A stretch of 63,554 bases of DNA, counting the filler, from Rhabdomonas costata (lineage: Eukaryota): the NCBI GenBank assembly GCA_019059605.1. It is 37 parts of 37 records of this genome, joined end to end, with 100 filler letters (N's around TTAATTAATTAA, not from the genome) between each part and the next. Parts side by side here need not be neighbours in the genome. Positions count along the whole stretch, not along the records: positions 36,152 to 37,772 come from JAHMHO010011836.1; positions 37,873 to 39,493 come from JAHMHO010011837.1; positions 39,594 to 41,214 come from JAHMHO010011838.1; positions 41,315 to 42,934 come from JAHMHO010011839.1; positions 43,035 to 44,653 come from JAHMHO010011840.1; positions 44,754 to 46,374 come from JAHMHO010011841.1; positions 46,475 to 48,095 come from JAHMHO010011842.1; positions 48,196 to 49,815 come from JAHMHO010011843.1; 29 more parts are not named here. One strand, given 5' to 3'. The stretch's first letter is position 1, and each line of letters begins with the position of its first letter. Below the pieces are notes generated by a model, which worked only from the letters and a program-made list of their open reading frames with translations, searched no databases and had not been told where the DNA came from. A program made the translations under genes and the position numbers. Below, piece after piece: positions 37,153 to 50,003 of the stretch.

Positions 37153-39599
37153 TGGGCTGACCACATTTGCGGGGTGTATTTGGGCGAGTATGGTACGAAT
37201 CTGCAATCTGCTAGCTCCGCTTGGTCGCCTGGCTCAAATGCTGCCACCTCGGCCGTGAGTGGCCTTTGGGCCAAGGGGGTAAGTGGACGAATTGTGTCTG
37301 CTATTGTTACTGTCTTGCCCACTGTGTCAGGGGCAATGTATTGCCACCGCTAAGCTTTGATCGGATTATAAGCACTCGTGCATACTGCCCGGCACTCCCC
37401 TAATTATGGGTTGTGAATAAGTCAGCCAAATAAACGCTCTTTCAAAGGAGAATGCTCACGTCCATTCGGCCCGGACCCTTCTGCAAGTCGGTTGGGTTTC
37501 TGAGTGCATCACGATTTGGCGCACAGAAACGCACCCTTTTGCTTCCGCTTCTGCACGAAGATCTCTCGACCGAAGGAACCACACAATGCAGGCAACAGGA
37601 CAACGCCTTCAAATGATGCACAGCCCACATCCCTGGGTTTCTCACGGAAATCGGAGTCCATTGGGAATCCATCGGACAGCAATGACGCAAGCTTTGGCTT
37701 TGGGGTAACATTGACCCGGGGCCACGAACATAAAGGTACATTCACGTGAAGTTCCTGAATGCCCACCACACANNNNNNNNNNNNNNNNNNNNNNNNNNNN
37801 NNNNNNNNNNNNNNNNTTAATTAATTAANNNNNNNNNNNNNNNNNNNNNNNNNNNNNNNNNNNNNNNNNNNNGTGTGGGGGTTTCCAAAAAAGTGCTGGA
37901 TGAAAATGTGTGTAATACTCGAAACACCGAAAGAAGCAAGAAGCGATAGCACGATAAAGAGCGGGAATGTGCTGCATTTTGGTGCCCATGTACGTATGTT
38001 TCCCGATGGTCGATACATACCCCGAGCCGAGAAGCGGTCAGGCAGAGTATTCAGGGAGATTATTCAAAAACCCAGTGGAGGCATAAAGACCTCCTCTAAT
38101 ACCATGTCTTGTGCACTTAGTGTGTGGATGTGTGTGGGTCCTTTCTCCACACGAAAGCTAAAGCTTCGTCTTTGAACGAGATACCGATCAATAAAAATCC
38201 TCCGGTGGGCCCCATGTTTCACAGGGGTCCTGGTTTTGATGGGTGGGGCCGGAGTTGCCTTCACCATCATACCTGGACGAAACGAGCGTGGTGGGCCGTG
38301 AATATATGTCGTCAAGTATTTGCCAGAGCGCGGGATGTTACCTTGGTGCGGCTGGGGGGCTGGGGGCGCCCGCAACCTTGCATCCTCAGTGCCGAACCAA
38401 CTGCCGACCTGCTTACCGCTCATGGACCACTGCCTGTTCTACCCCCAAAGAAAACAAGCAACACAGCAATGGGATATTTGCCGATACTGGCCGGCTTAGC
38501 TGCGCCTTCCCTGTTCCATATTATTTTCTGATCAGGTGGTGTAGTATTATCTCCCGCCCTTTTCGTTCGGTTGGTTGGGCTTTCGCGTGAGCCCTTTTTC
38601 TGTGCTCGCGGGGCGAGACCCTTTGCTTTCTTCCATCGTTTGTTTCTGAGCGCTTTTGCGGTGCGTGTTTGTTTTTGTGTTTGTTTTGTATTGGGTGGCT
38701 ACCCATTGCCGCTCTTGCCGACTGCCCTCCACTCCCCCACAGCTTTCTCGCGATTTTATGTCTGCTGTGCGGCAGGAGCCCGCTGCCACACCACGGGGTA
38801 CGCCCTATGGAGGTCCCTCCCCAGGCCGCGGCACCGCCCGGGCTCCCAGTCCCCTGAATCGAGTGCGCGTCCCTTGCACACTGTCTGTCTAACGCGGTAG
38901 AACAAAACAGAGCACGGGACTGGACGGCACGGCAAGAACGGCGTCTCTATAGTCCTGGAGGCCAGCGCGGATTTAGCGACAACAAATGCACAGCACAGTT
39001 TCACGTAACGAGGGAGGGTGGGAGGGGTGTGCGAGTAGGTAGGGGTAAGGGGTAAGGCCAATACTCACCGCGCTGCCATCGCCGCCATTTCTAGCGTCAC
39101 TCGGGGCACTCTAGCTATGGTTATGCCTGTGGACATTACCCAGCCAGCAGCAGCTCGCCGCAAAATGCACACACATTCATCTATGCGCGCTCAGAACCTT
39201 CCAAAGGATGGCCCCCACCCCGGGACCCATAGTGCAGCGCACATGTGTCACCAAAAGTTCCAGTGTCTCATCTGAATTTCACCATTTTCGGTCTTCTCAT
39301 TGTTCTGCAACACAGACACGTGGAGCAGCGCGTACGCCCGTCAGTCGATAGCGGTCTTCAGCTAGTCAGATACCAATTCTGGGTTGATGTGGCCCGAGAA
39401 CCGCGGGGCGGAAGGGAGATCACCGTATGTGGAATGAACGGCGGTGACTCCAGAGCGTACTCCCCTCCGTTGATAGCAGTTGCCCAAACCAACNNNNNNN
39501 NNNNNNNNNNNNNNNNNNNNNNNNNNNNNNNNNNNNNTTAATTAATTAANNNNNNNNNNNNNNNNNNNNNNNNNNNNNNNNNNNNNNNNNNNNTTTGTG

Positions 39600-39937
39600 G
39601 TGGGATATGGATAGAAGGAGGAGATGCGCAGCATCAACAACGCAAAGTGTAGAATGAGGCCAAGGTGGATTGAGAAGATTACTGGCTGCTGCTCGCTACG
39701 CTTCGGATGTAGCACCTCCATCCTCTATACCTTCTTTACGTCGTCACTCCGCTACGAATACGCCTCCACTCCGTTCCTCCTACCCATAAGATGTAATACC
39801 AAATTCAGATCGCCTCCGGTGATGCTATCTACGGCTACGCCTCCTGGCATTCCGTTTGTAATGTCTATCTCTACGCTCCTAATTCTACACTTTACGTTGT
39901 TGATGCCGCGCATCTCCTCCTTCTATCCATATCCCAC
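39600..39937. repeat. ~60-bp inverted repeat (39600-39659 / 39878-39937), three mismatches in the inner half
   Basis: Reverse-complement arms are directly visible; the left arm is at the contig start. Confidence 0.8.
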
Positions 39938-41144
39938 TCACAATCGCTACGCTCATGTTCATGGGCCGCTATGGTGTATCTGTATCGCTACTGTACATGG
40001 TGTGTGTCTCGCTACGCTCGCAATGTGTGATTGATAAAAAGAAATGATGAAGTTCATTAGGTTTTTAGTCTCTAATCTCCTTCATCATACTATCCACACT
40101 ACATAGCGGCCCCGTTGTTCGTATGCTCCGTTACAATTGGCATACTCCCTACATGTCACAACACCTACCATTTCATTCTCGGATGAAGTGTGTGAGGGGG
40201 CAATAACTTAGCTGTTCAATGGGGTCCACTTTCATACTGCTCACGGCGTGGGGGCCAAATTAGTTGATCGATAGTGGTTCCAAAAAAATTGTGGTGCTAT
40301 TGTAATAGTTGTTAGTCTAGAAAACACAGAAGGAGTTTTGATAAATTTTCGCTGTTGGACTGAATTTTGCTAAACCTGAAGTATATTGGTAAAAACAAGC
40401 ACTACGTGAAACATCGCCAAAGGTGATGTAAATCGCCAAGCGGCGAGTCTGTCAAATCATTTGCGGCTGGTGGTAACACCTTATCAATAAAAGTTAGTAT
40501 CCTGTTAATGAATTTGTGTTGCACCGAAGACAGTTGGTTGTTCCTGAATAATTTTGCTCATAAAAACCTAAAACCAGAAGAGATAGCACGATAATGTGAC
40601 AGATGACTAAGAAAAGTTTGTTGCACAAATAATACAGTTGATAAATACGTGAACTAAATATGGAATGAAAATATCTCACAGGATGCGAGGATTTAATTTA
40701 AATCCTTGCTTGTGCTGAAAACGGTCTGTAAGCAGAAAATTTCCAACTGTTGTAGCAAAATGGCATCGTATCAGGTCTGGGAAGAATCCTGACTACGCAT
40801 GGTTTTCTATTCTTATCGCGGGCAAAGCTTGACTCCTTCGAATTGACCATTTAACCCCATAGCAGGGTTGGAAAACCACAGGCGCACTACAATGTTGTTG
40901 CAGCTGAAGCGGAAGAGCACATATGCTTCTACGCGACCGGCTTCCTCAAGTATGGTGGTGTGGTGAGCAAGGACCTGGACCAAAGCGGCGCAGCGTGTAA
41001 GTGCAGCAGCTGGGCGGAGCCTGGGCACATCGCATAATGTCCATAAAACCATTGAAAAATGCGTGCTTCCCACACAAATGCTCATGGAGAACCCAAATTT
41101 TGGCGCAAAATCGTTCTTAATGTTGGCCCGGTATCCGGTAGCAG

Positions 41145-41210
41145 GGTTGTGCAAACCAAAGCGCTTGCAATGCAAATGACGTTGCAAGCGCTTTGGTTTG
41201 CACAACCCCC
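41145..41210. repeat. Hairpin with a perfect 27-bp stem at contig end, probable fold-back artefact
   Basis: GGGTTGTGCAAACCAAAGCGCTTGCAA ... TTGCAAGCGCTTTGGTTTGCACAACCC. Confidence 0.8.
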
Positions 41211-41650
41211 CAACNNNNNNNNNNNNNNNNNNNNNNNNNNNNNNNNNNNNNNNNNNNNTTAATTAATTAANNNNNNNNNNNNNNNNNNNNNNNNNNNNNN
41301 NNNNNNNNNNNNNNGGTTTTGGGGTCTTGCGCGCGCGAGTGGAAACTCGAGAGTAGCCACTACTCTGAGAAAACGAAAGCCCCAACAAGAAAGGGCCAAC
41401 GGGCCATTATCTGTTCTTTTGCTACCTCGGTTGGGTATCAACTCCTGCTCGCAAACGCAATTATCAATAAAGTGCACGATTGCATAGCAAAGCCGAATGG
41501 CAGGTTATCCATTGGGCAAAAGTTCCGAAGCTGTTGTGATATCAGACGGTGCGTTGACGGGCTGCGAAGAGATATGAAGAACAGGAGTATGGGAAGAAGA
41601 ATGGGGAGGGGCACCATCGGGAGAGAACGTGCAGCCCAGTAAAGCAGCAC

Positions 41651-42311
41651 TGTGTCCCGTAAAGGTCCGCGGTCGAACTCGCGGGCAAGAACTTCAGCGC
41701 CCAAGGACGCCAGCCGGGAGCTTCCACATAGACACAGCCAAAGAACCTGCAGCGGCAGGGGAGGGGATGTCACATTGCAATTAGGGAAATGGGTGAGGGA
41801 AGGGCAAGGTATACCAGCGAACTTAACGACGTGTGACGAGAAGCAGCCATTGTATTGGATCACTGGATCATTGGATCTATGACTTATGTGAGGTGGCCGC
41901 GTCAGTGGAACGTTTTGACAAATGTGCTCTGGGTACTTTTGTAAGTATTCGGGATTGATTCGCGCAATGTGAAAAGGCACTCAATCCAGAGCTCAAAACC
42001 TTTTTCTCCACCTCTATTCGGGAAAAAGGGTGAAAAAGCTGAAGAGCTGAAGCGTCGGAGGTCGGGTCCCCGCTTGAGCACGATCTTTGATGATGATAAC
42101 CTCTCAGTGCTAACGGTCCTTTCCGTCATCATCATGGCCTCAAAGAGACAGGCACTATCGAGTGTGTGTGGGTTGATGATGGGTTGCGTATGAGACAGAA
42201 AATGTGGAAGCGCACCTCACGGGGATGCAGGCATGCCAGCACCAGCGGCCACACATCGTTGGGCAACCCCAGTGCCTTCCCAGCTCCGAGCAAGAAGCCG
42301 GACTCTTCCAT
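41651..42311 (-). CDS. F-box-like protein N-terminal exons (42216-42311, ~41651-41746)
   Basis: LGLPNDVWPLVLACLHPRE/VLWLCLCGS fits the F-box pattern LP.E+...I+..L...+L. Phase-0 GT-AG junction. Confidence 0.5.
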
Positions 42312-44759
42312 ACAAAGGCGGTCCAAACTTTCACGGGAAATTCGCCCGTGAAAAAGGGGAACAGAGATTACCCCCTAAGACCACCCAAAGCCAACGTGAT
42401 CCCAGGTGTCCGCCGAAAGTGTCCTTCACACCAGAACCGTTCGGGCCGCGCCGTTAGTGTACCAGACAGGGGACACACTTCCGCTCGCGCAGTCGCAAGC
42501 GAAAACCCAAAAAGACAGACGGGATCTAACCCCCAGGTTTTAAAGCAGAGCAAGTTCAGACATAATTTTGCGTTTGTCAACACGACACAAAAACAAGCCT
42601 TTTGGCCTCCAACGAAGGACAAAAGCTATATCCAACCACGTTTTGGCAAGGTGTGTGACGAATGCCTCATCAAAACCCAAGGTCGACTTATTTTTTTATT
42701 GGTTGCTCTTTCGTCCCATCCCGTCCATCCTCCTGTGAGCAATGGCTTTCTCTATCGATCGCGAATTTTATAAGGCCCTGCTACCGGGCATGACTAAATG
42801 TTATGTTAAAGAAGGACAATTCGACACCAATGGCGGCCAACATCTGCACGCTGAAAAAGCCATCTCTAAAGCAACAGGATCCATGCTGGACACAGGGGTT
42901 TCTGCCCCCAATGGAGTTCTTCACCCCACACCCCNNNNNNNNNNNNNNNNNNNNNNNNNNNNNNNNNNNNNNNNNNNNTTAATTAATTAANNNNNNNNNN
43001 NNNNNNNNNNNNNNNNNNNNNNNNNNNNNNNNNNGTGAAGTCCCCGCAGAGCGGTGGCGTGAAGTGGATTGCAGGTGTCTTTTTGCTGTGGATGTGCTCT
43101 TGCGTTGGCTTTTGCTGCTCTTGACCCTGCTGGCTACCCTGATCGAGCTTTGCTTTGAAGTCACACGGAAGGTGGGCCACAGGGGCATTTCATTGTCATT
43201 CAACCGAAGGACTTTTCGAGCGTGTGTGTTTTTGAGGGTTTTGGGCGGATGTAAAGTTTCGGGTAACTGACACTGCTTCTGCCTTCGTTGATCTCTTCTT
43301 AAAGGTTACCAGCAGGGCCTTTCACCTGCAGTACAACGCCTGCGGATGGCAACCGCGATGGCGCGAAGAAATTTTGATGGGCAGGTCGTTGCTGTTTTTT
43401 CCAACCATTTAAACAAGAGCAGTGTAGCTTTGTAAGCTGTCTGGTCGCGCAGACTTTGCGATTTCAAGTACACGGAAACACTTTGCTGCTTTCAATGTGT
43501 TCCCGAAGTCTCCGAAAGAAAATGGAGTGTGTCGGAGCACATTATTGAAGTCGCTTTTTGCTCTGCAACTGGATGAGTATGTGGTCATCGTCCGGGACAA
43601 ACTGTCGAACCCACCGTAGTGCGTGAGCTTGCCTTCCAATGATTTCGCAACCGGACCCCAGCGTTAGTCCCCTTTGCATATTCCCCTCCCCCTCCCGGTG
43701 TCGGTGTGCTCTTTGTCATGCCCTGCTGCTGCGTTGCAGGGGAAGTCGATCGGCCCTGACGACGCATACCGGTGGCTGCTCCGCGCCGACAACGACTGGA
43801 GTGTCGAGGCCCAGACGTGCAGGGTGGTCTGCAACCACGTACGTCGCTGCTGTTCAGGGCGGTGATTATTCTTCTGCACCGGCACCACTGTGGGCAAGTG
43901 GGCAGTGGGACAAGAAGTGGCGCAAGAAGGACGAAAGAGTCGCCAAGAGGCACCACTATTGGTCGAGGGTGAAATGAGGCAGCCGTGACCCCACACAAGC
44001 CTGCTATATTTTCCAATGTTCCCATGCCCTCCTTCAGTGTGGTTAATTCTGCTCGAAATCCGAAATTAATCCTGATCCAGAATTTCGCCGTACACCTGAC
44101 GACTAAGACACCCCACCTAATAACTGACGATGCCTCCTCTTTTTGGACTCGCAGCGGTTTATTTGGTATTATGTTCTTTCGTCTTGAGACTGTTTGGTGC
44201 ACTTATCATAAATGTGATGTGTGATTTTCAGAAACTTTGTCCTTTTGAATCGTTTCTCCCCCTCCGCTTTTTGTAGTTTGTTTGCATAAACGCAGGAGGC
44301 CTCGAGGGCGGTGAACTTTGCCAGCCGAATGGTGGACTCAATCGACAAACTCGAGCACCTCTGCGCAGGTCCTGCAACCCATTTCAACAGTGCTTTCGTA
44401 TCGAATCAATATTTTTGCATCTGACTGCAATTCCAAGGACCTTCGAATTTCTATTGGGATAATTTCCGTTTTGGATGTTGAAACTTTTATTTGACGAAGA
44501 TGTCAAGATGTTACCCTCTTATGTGGCGTGTCTTGTCAAAAAAAAAAGGAGACAATTTTCGGCTTAATAGAGTTTTTTTAAAGTAAATGAATCTCCGTTG
44601 TGCTTCAGATTTCAGAGACATTTCTTCTCTATGCGAATTATACCCGCAAGAAANNNNNNNNNNNNNNNNNNNNNNNNNNNNNNNNNNNNNNNNNNNNTTA
44701 ATTAATTAANNNNNNNNNNNNNNNNNNNNNNNNNNNNNNNNNNNNNNNNNNNNTTGTGG

Positions 44760-45137
44760 TGTTGCTTCTCTCTCGATGTTTCTATCGGGTGTATGGGTGT
44801 ATGACCTACAGGAGTTGGAAGAGCATTGTTTGATATATTATTTTTAAACTAGGGTCGGAGCGTGATCTGACGAACCACTCTGATGTGCGCACCCAGGTGT
44901 CCCCCAAGCTGCCTACAGTTCAACGGAGCCAAACGTTTAGCAGTGAGGTTCACTTGTGGTTCGAATTTATTTCATTGCAAACCGAGGATCAATAAAAACG
45001 TTACTGTCCCATTACTACTATGCACAAACCACAGCACATTTCATCTCGAGATAGGACTTAAGATAGGACTTCCACTTCCAACACCTGTAGGTCATACACC
45101 CATACACCCGATAGAAACATCGAGAGAGAAGCAACAC
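44760..45137. repeat. ~62-bp inverted repeat at contig start (44760-44821 / 45075-45137)
   Basis: Arms are reverse complements with one mismatch near the inner end. Confidence 0.8.
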
Positions 45138-45173
45138 GACAAAAAAAGACGGAAGGCCAACGTCCCGACATAC

Positions 45174-46275
45174 TCATCCTCGGCGGCAGGATTGGCACCC
45201 CGCCCTATTAAGAAGCGGGCCAAAGTCCGCCACCCCTGGCTGCACGCCAAGTGTAGAGGGGTGGACCACATGGCATTTCGAGCGTCACTTCCGCCCCGCA
45301 GTCAATAAGGTAGCCTGCCACATCGGAGTGCCCGTTGAGACAGGCCACGTGCTGTGCAAAAAACAGCCGCAAAAATCAGACCGCTGGGAAATTCCTATGG
45401 CCAGATAGCGGGGGTGAAAGAGGCCCAACTTATCCAGACAAGACCCAAAACCCCAAAATGAGACGGAAGCATTTCGTTCCGATCCAGAACCAGCATGAAG
45501 GTGTGCAATCAACTAGCGAATAAGTGACGGTTAGAGCCGAAGCGATTGGTGTAACCCCATTTCCCCGACTGGCACATGTGGCACATGTTTCGAGGACCAG
45601 CACGTATTGCCAGGTGGATCCTGACCAGGAACGACAAATAAGGAATGCATCTGGAAGGCATTCATATGCTCAGACTTCTCAAAAAAGGGAGCGCCTGTTG
45701 GTGGGCAAAAGAGACAGCAGAACCCACACCAAGGGTGTGTTGTTGTCGTGGCTGGGGCTCGTGAAAGTTACACTTGCGCCGAATTTGATCAGCGCCCTCG
45801 CGACTTCCAGAAAGCCTGAAACAGAAAAAGCAAAGCCCAAGCGAGGTGGGTCGCCCAAGGTCTATTCTAAACAGTTCGGATAGGATTGGATGCAGCGCTG
45901 ATTTGTATGGAAATTTTGTCCAAATGTGGATTTCAATGCACATCTCTGGAGACCAAAACCGAAAAGTTTTCAACTGAGTGTACAGTTTTGGACATCGTGA
46001 GTACACTTTCTACGGCAGCCGCATGTTGCTCAACATAGTGCCAAAGACAAAGGGAAGAAGAAGCACGAAACAGCCACCCACGCTTCAGCGGAGGACCTTT
46101 TTGCCCGGAAGAACGAACGCATCTTTAAAAAACCACACCAACGGCCCAGCAAAGCTCAAACGTTATCGGAACATTGCTTTACGGAAAATAGCGTACCCCG
46201 CTCGCAGGCGAGATACAACGCGCTGTCGCCCTCATCGTCGGTCTGGTCAGCATAAGCACCGCAAATCAGCATCGC
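45174..46275 (-). CDS. Ankyrin-repeat protein (exons 46197-46275, 45730-45815, 45174-45351; 1-nt frameshift near 45286)
   Basis: GDSALYLACERG/FLEVARALIKFGA...NNTPL/HVACLNGHSDVAGYLIDCGAEV(D)ARNAMWSTPLHLACSQG...LIGRGANP. Confidence 0.85.
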
Positions 46276-46489
46276 CTGCAAGTGTGCGCAGAACGCGTCA
46301 TTCTTTCTTCTACCCAAAACGCCGTTTGCGAGCACGCGCACGCACCCACACCCACACCCACACCCAAAACCACCNNNNNNNNNNNNNNNNNNNNNNNNNN
46401 NNNNNNNNNNNNNNNNNNTTAATTAATTAANNNNNNNNNNNNNNNNNNNNNNNNNNNNNNNNNNNNNNNNNNNNGGTGGTGTGGGAGAG

Positions 46490-48024
46490 CATGCGCCGCG
46501 CCGGGGCATTGATCCCCGCGAAGAGATTTGTGAGGGAGATCACTACGCTGACCTGCCACACCAGGCCATGGGGAAGGGCCATGGCCTGCCCCAGGTGCTC
46601 AAGCTCTTCGGAGTTCAGGCGGAAGGTAAACGCCACGGAACCCGCTGCGCGCGCAACCGTGCAATTGCAGCAAGCCAGGGCCAGCCCACGGAAGCGGATG
46701 ATTTCATTGAGTTCAACCGAAACATGAGGCGTTTGTGCAGGTGCCCAACTGTCCCATTCGAAACGCGGACATTCCATTAGACTTTACATTTATCGCGAAA
46801 AAATCGTTCGCTAATCTTCAGCGGAAAATTTTGGGGCGTTCGGTAACCGCAGGGCAAAAAGTCAGACAGGAAAGAAAAGCACCATGATGATCAAAAGCCA
46901 TTCAGGGATTGCCTCCTGATACAGAAGGGTTTGAACTTGGGGAAAACAATTTGCTCATTGCTGGTGTGCGTTGGATAATTGTCACAGGGATGAAGCCTAC
47001 CTCCCCCAAGAAGCGCCCGCAGTCTCTGCCCCGCCGCGGCGATGGTGAGGTCATCGCTCTGCCACACTGCCAGCCGTGTGTTACCTTCGCCACCGGGGCT
47101 GGCGGTGAAAACCGAGCCATGGCTCGCGCCCGTCAGCAGCCCCTCTGCCTCGTAGCTGAAGACTCGGCCCCCGGACGCCAGGAGGGTGCTTTGGGCCACC
47201 AAGCTGCGGAGAAACTCCCCCAGGAAGTTCAGCAGGAGGTCCTTCCTGAGCTGACCCACGCACCGGCCCTCCGGGCCGTCCAGCACGCAGGCGTTTACCT
47301 GCAGGACCAAGAAGGTGGGCAGGGTTGTGGTAAAGTAGATCTCGGAGTACCCCGGGTTCACCAGGTTGCCTGGGCTGGACCGCCATCCCTCACTGCGGGA
47401 GAGGGCCACAGTCCGCATCGAGGTCGTGGTCATAATGTCGACCTCCGGCACGTATACCGCAAGTGAGTCCCACAGTGGCAATAGTGTGACCGGGTCCAGG
47501 GGGTAGATCTCCTCCCCCATATAGCTATACGAGAAGACAGGAGGCCAAAGAAAGAAATACCAAGAGAAAAGGCAGCTTTGCTGCATTGTGAACAAGAAGC
47601 GAAGCAAAAGACGGAGTGTGGCTAAGCGGAACGCCTCCTGTCATGTTTCTTTTTTCACGTTACACCGCTACAGTAAAATTACCGCACCTCGCCCAACGCC
47701 AAGAGCAATGTAACTGGGCCGGTGAGAGACAGGCTGGAACCTGCAATTGCTGCCGGGAAACCTCACCGTGTCGTTGCACACCGTAGCGTTGAAGGAGAAG
47801 AACACCCCCAAGCCCGCCGAGGGGTTGAAGGCCATCCCGCGGCCGTGCCCGGGAAGCCCCGGCCACTGCAGCACCGTCCACACGTAGGTCCCTGCCACGC
47901 TGACGATGCTGGGCAGGGTTAACGGCCTCCACACAGCCCACGCGGTGGCGAAGTCGTCCATCCGCAGCCCCGCGCGGAGGAAGTACAGCGACTCCGCGAG
48001 GTTCAGCTGGTGCCCTACCTCAAC
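46490..48024 (-). CDS. Second Cache-like receptor ectodomain (exons 47741-48024, 47001-47524, ~46490-46644)
   Basis: LGEFLRSL...GGRVFSYEAEGLLTGASHG...RLAVWQSDDLTIAAAGQRL...HGLVWQVSVVIS. In-phase GT-AG junctions; shares motifs with 26292-27379. Confidence 0.65.
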
Positions 48025-49731
48025 CTTCGCCACGCCACACCACAGATATATAGAGAGGATACAACCTCTCAGCCCCATCAGGATGAACACACCACNNNNN
48101 NNNNNNNNNNNNNNNNNNNNNNNNNNNNNNNNNNNNNNNTTAATTAATTAANNNNNNNNNNNNNNNNNNNNNNNNNNNNNNNNNNNNNNNNNNNNCACCA
48201 CCGCGCCTTGGACCCCCAGACCTTTGCATAGATATAAGCGATGGGTATTGCTCTGGCGGCATGTATGTGCTTGATCGCGGCAATACCTCTAATCCCGGCT
48301 TTGCGGGCATAGGTAAATATTTTTTCTTGACTAAGACTTGCGGGTGCGCCGTCCCTTTTGATAGGCACCCCGTTTGTGCCCTGTGTGCGGTTGTCGATAC
48401 TTGCGAGGATTGTGTACGTTTGCGTTTGGGTCCTTGCTGTTAGCTTCTAATTTTTGCATTTCCGGCGAGGACGGTAGAGACCGCCGTTCACCATGATTGT
48501 TTTGCGCAGTCTGCGTCGGGCGTCGGGCCCTTGGTAAACGTTAAAATAGCGGTGACGAAATCACTTGACTAACCCCCACAGGAGGGGGGGGAGGGATCGC
48601 CGAGGGAGGGGGAAACTAGAATAACTACCGAAGACCGAAGAAGGCAAGATTATCCGGGAAAACGTATTCCAGTGACAGGGACAGTGAAAGCCAAGTCTCC
48701 GCGCGCCGGCCTCATTCCGGCAGCCTGTCCTGGGCCAGGGCCTCCTGCAGAGAGTTCTCTGATGCCACAGCCTCCGCGCCCCCTGCACAGGCGCGCTTCT
48801 CGCCCTGCACCTCTGCGGAGACGCTGATGCACTGCAGCATGCCCTCCAGCACAGAGAGCTCATTCAGGAAGGCAACCTGGGGACCCAATACACACATACA
48901 CCCAGAGAGGAAAGGACACACAATCCTTTGAAACGATGAGAAATCTGGAATTTCATATGCAGGCCCAGCATCTCCACCGTGTTAACACACGTTAACACAC
49001 TCTCTGGAGAGAGAGTCGCGCAAAAGAAGCGAGAAAAGGGGTGGGGGTGGGGGGTGAAAAAAGAAGGACAGGGACCCCAAGATACCTGCCGCGTATGCCA
49101 GGAACCACCTGCAGGTTGTTACCGAAGAGTAATGTCGATCACATAAAAGAGGCCTTTTAAGTGATAAACTTTACAGTTACCCTAAACTCATACCCCCCCC
49201 CTTCCAACCTCAGCCATTAGATACAAGCACCGCAGCGCAACCATCGCCAGCACAGCAAAATAAACCTGGCGGCTCACCCTGGAGTGGATGAAATGCAGCT
49301 GGGCCACCACTTTGTCGCTGAACTGCACAACTCCGGAATAGATCTGCGTGTGCGCAGGGTGTGTCGCTCGTTAACTCTCACACACTCAGAACACAAATCA
49401 TACATTGATCCGCAGAAAGCACGCAGCGATGCCCACAAATAAGCAAATCACAGGTAGAAATGACACAACCACCACCCTTCGCATTTCTCTCCCTGTCATT
49501 GTGGTCATTAGCATCGCCCATAGCGTTTTCTAGCTTTCTCTGCAAACCCACTATCACCACACCTTCGCGTAACTCAGTGACAAGCGCGGGAGTGCATCCC
49601 GGCGTCATCCAAGTCTCACAGCTCTGCAGCAACAAACATTTAACACTCACCCGACGCGATGCTCGCTCAAAACTAGGCAAGCACCAGGATGATTCTGAAA
49701 AGACAAGATTGCGCATCTATCAATGGGAACC

Positions 49732-49812
49732 GCAGAGAAGCAGATACTAATCCAAATGGAGACTTGGCAATTCTTTGTCTCCATTTGGGTTAGTATTTTC
49801 TGCTTCGCTCTG
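49732..49812. repeat. Imperfect hairpin (~30-bp stem) near contig end
   Basis: GAAGCAGATACTAATCCAAATGGAGAC ... GTCTCCATTTGGGTTAGTATTTTCTGCTTC. Confidence 0.7.
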
Positions 49813-50003
49813 GACNNNNNNNNNNNNNNNNNNNNNNNNNNNNNNNNNNNNNNNNNNNNTTAATTAATTAANNNNNNNNNNNNNNNNNNNNNNNNNNNNN
49901 NNNNNNNNNNNNNNNGTTGTGTTGATCGCTCTTCTTCAATTCCTAATTTCGGGTGTTGCCTCTTTTTCTGTGGTGGTTGTTCTTCCTCGTTTTTCTTCGC
50001 CAG

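Noticed and set aside
42050..42140. Box C/D snoRNA candidate (minus strand ATGATGA...CTGA)
   Set aside because: The boxes are only about 20 nt apart with no convincing terminal box D. The sequence is better explained as a TGA/TCA triplet hairpin.
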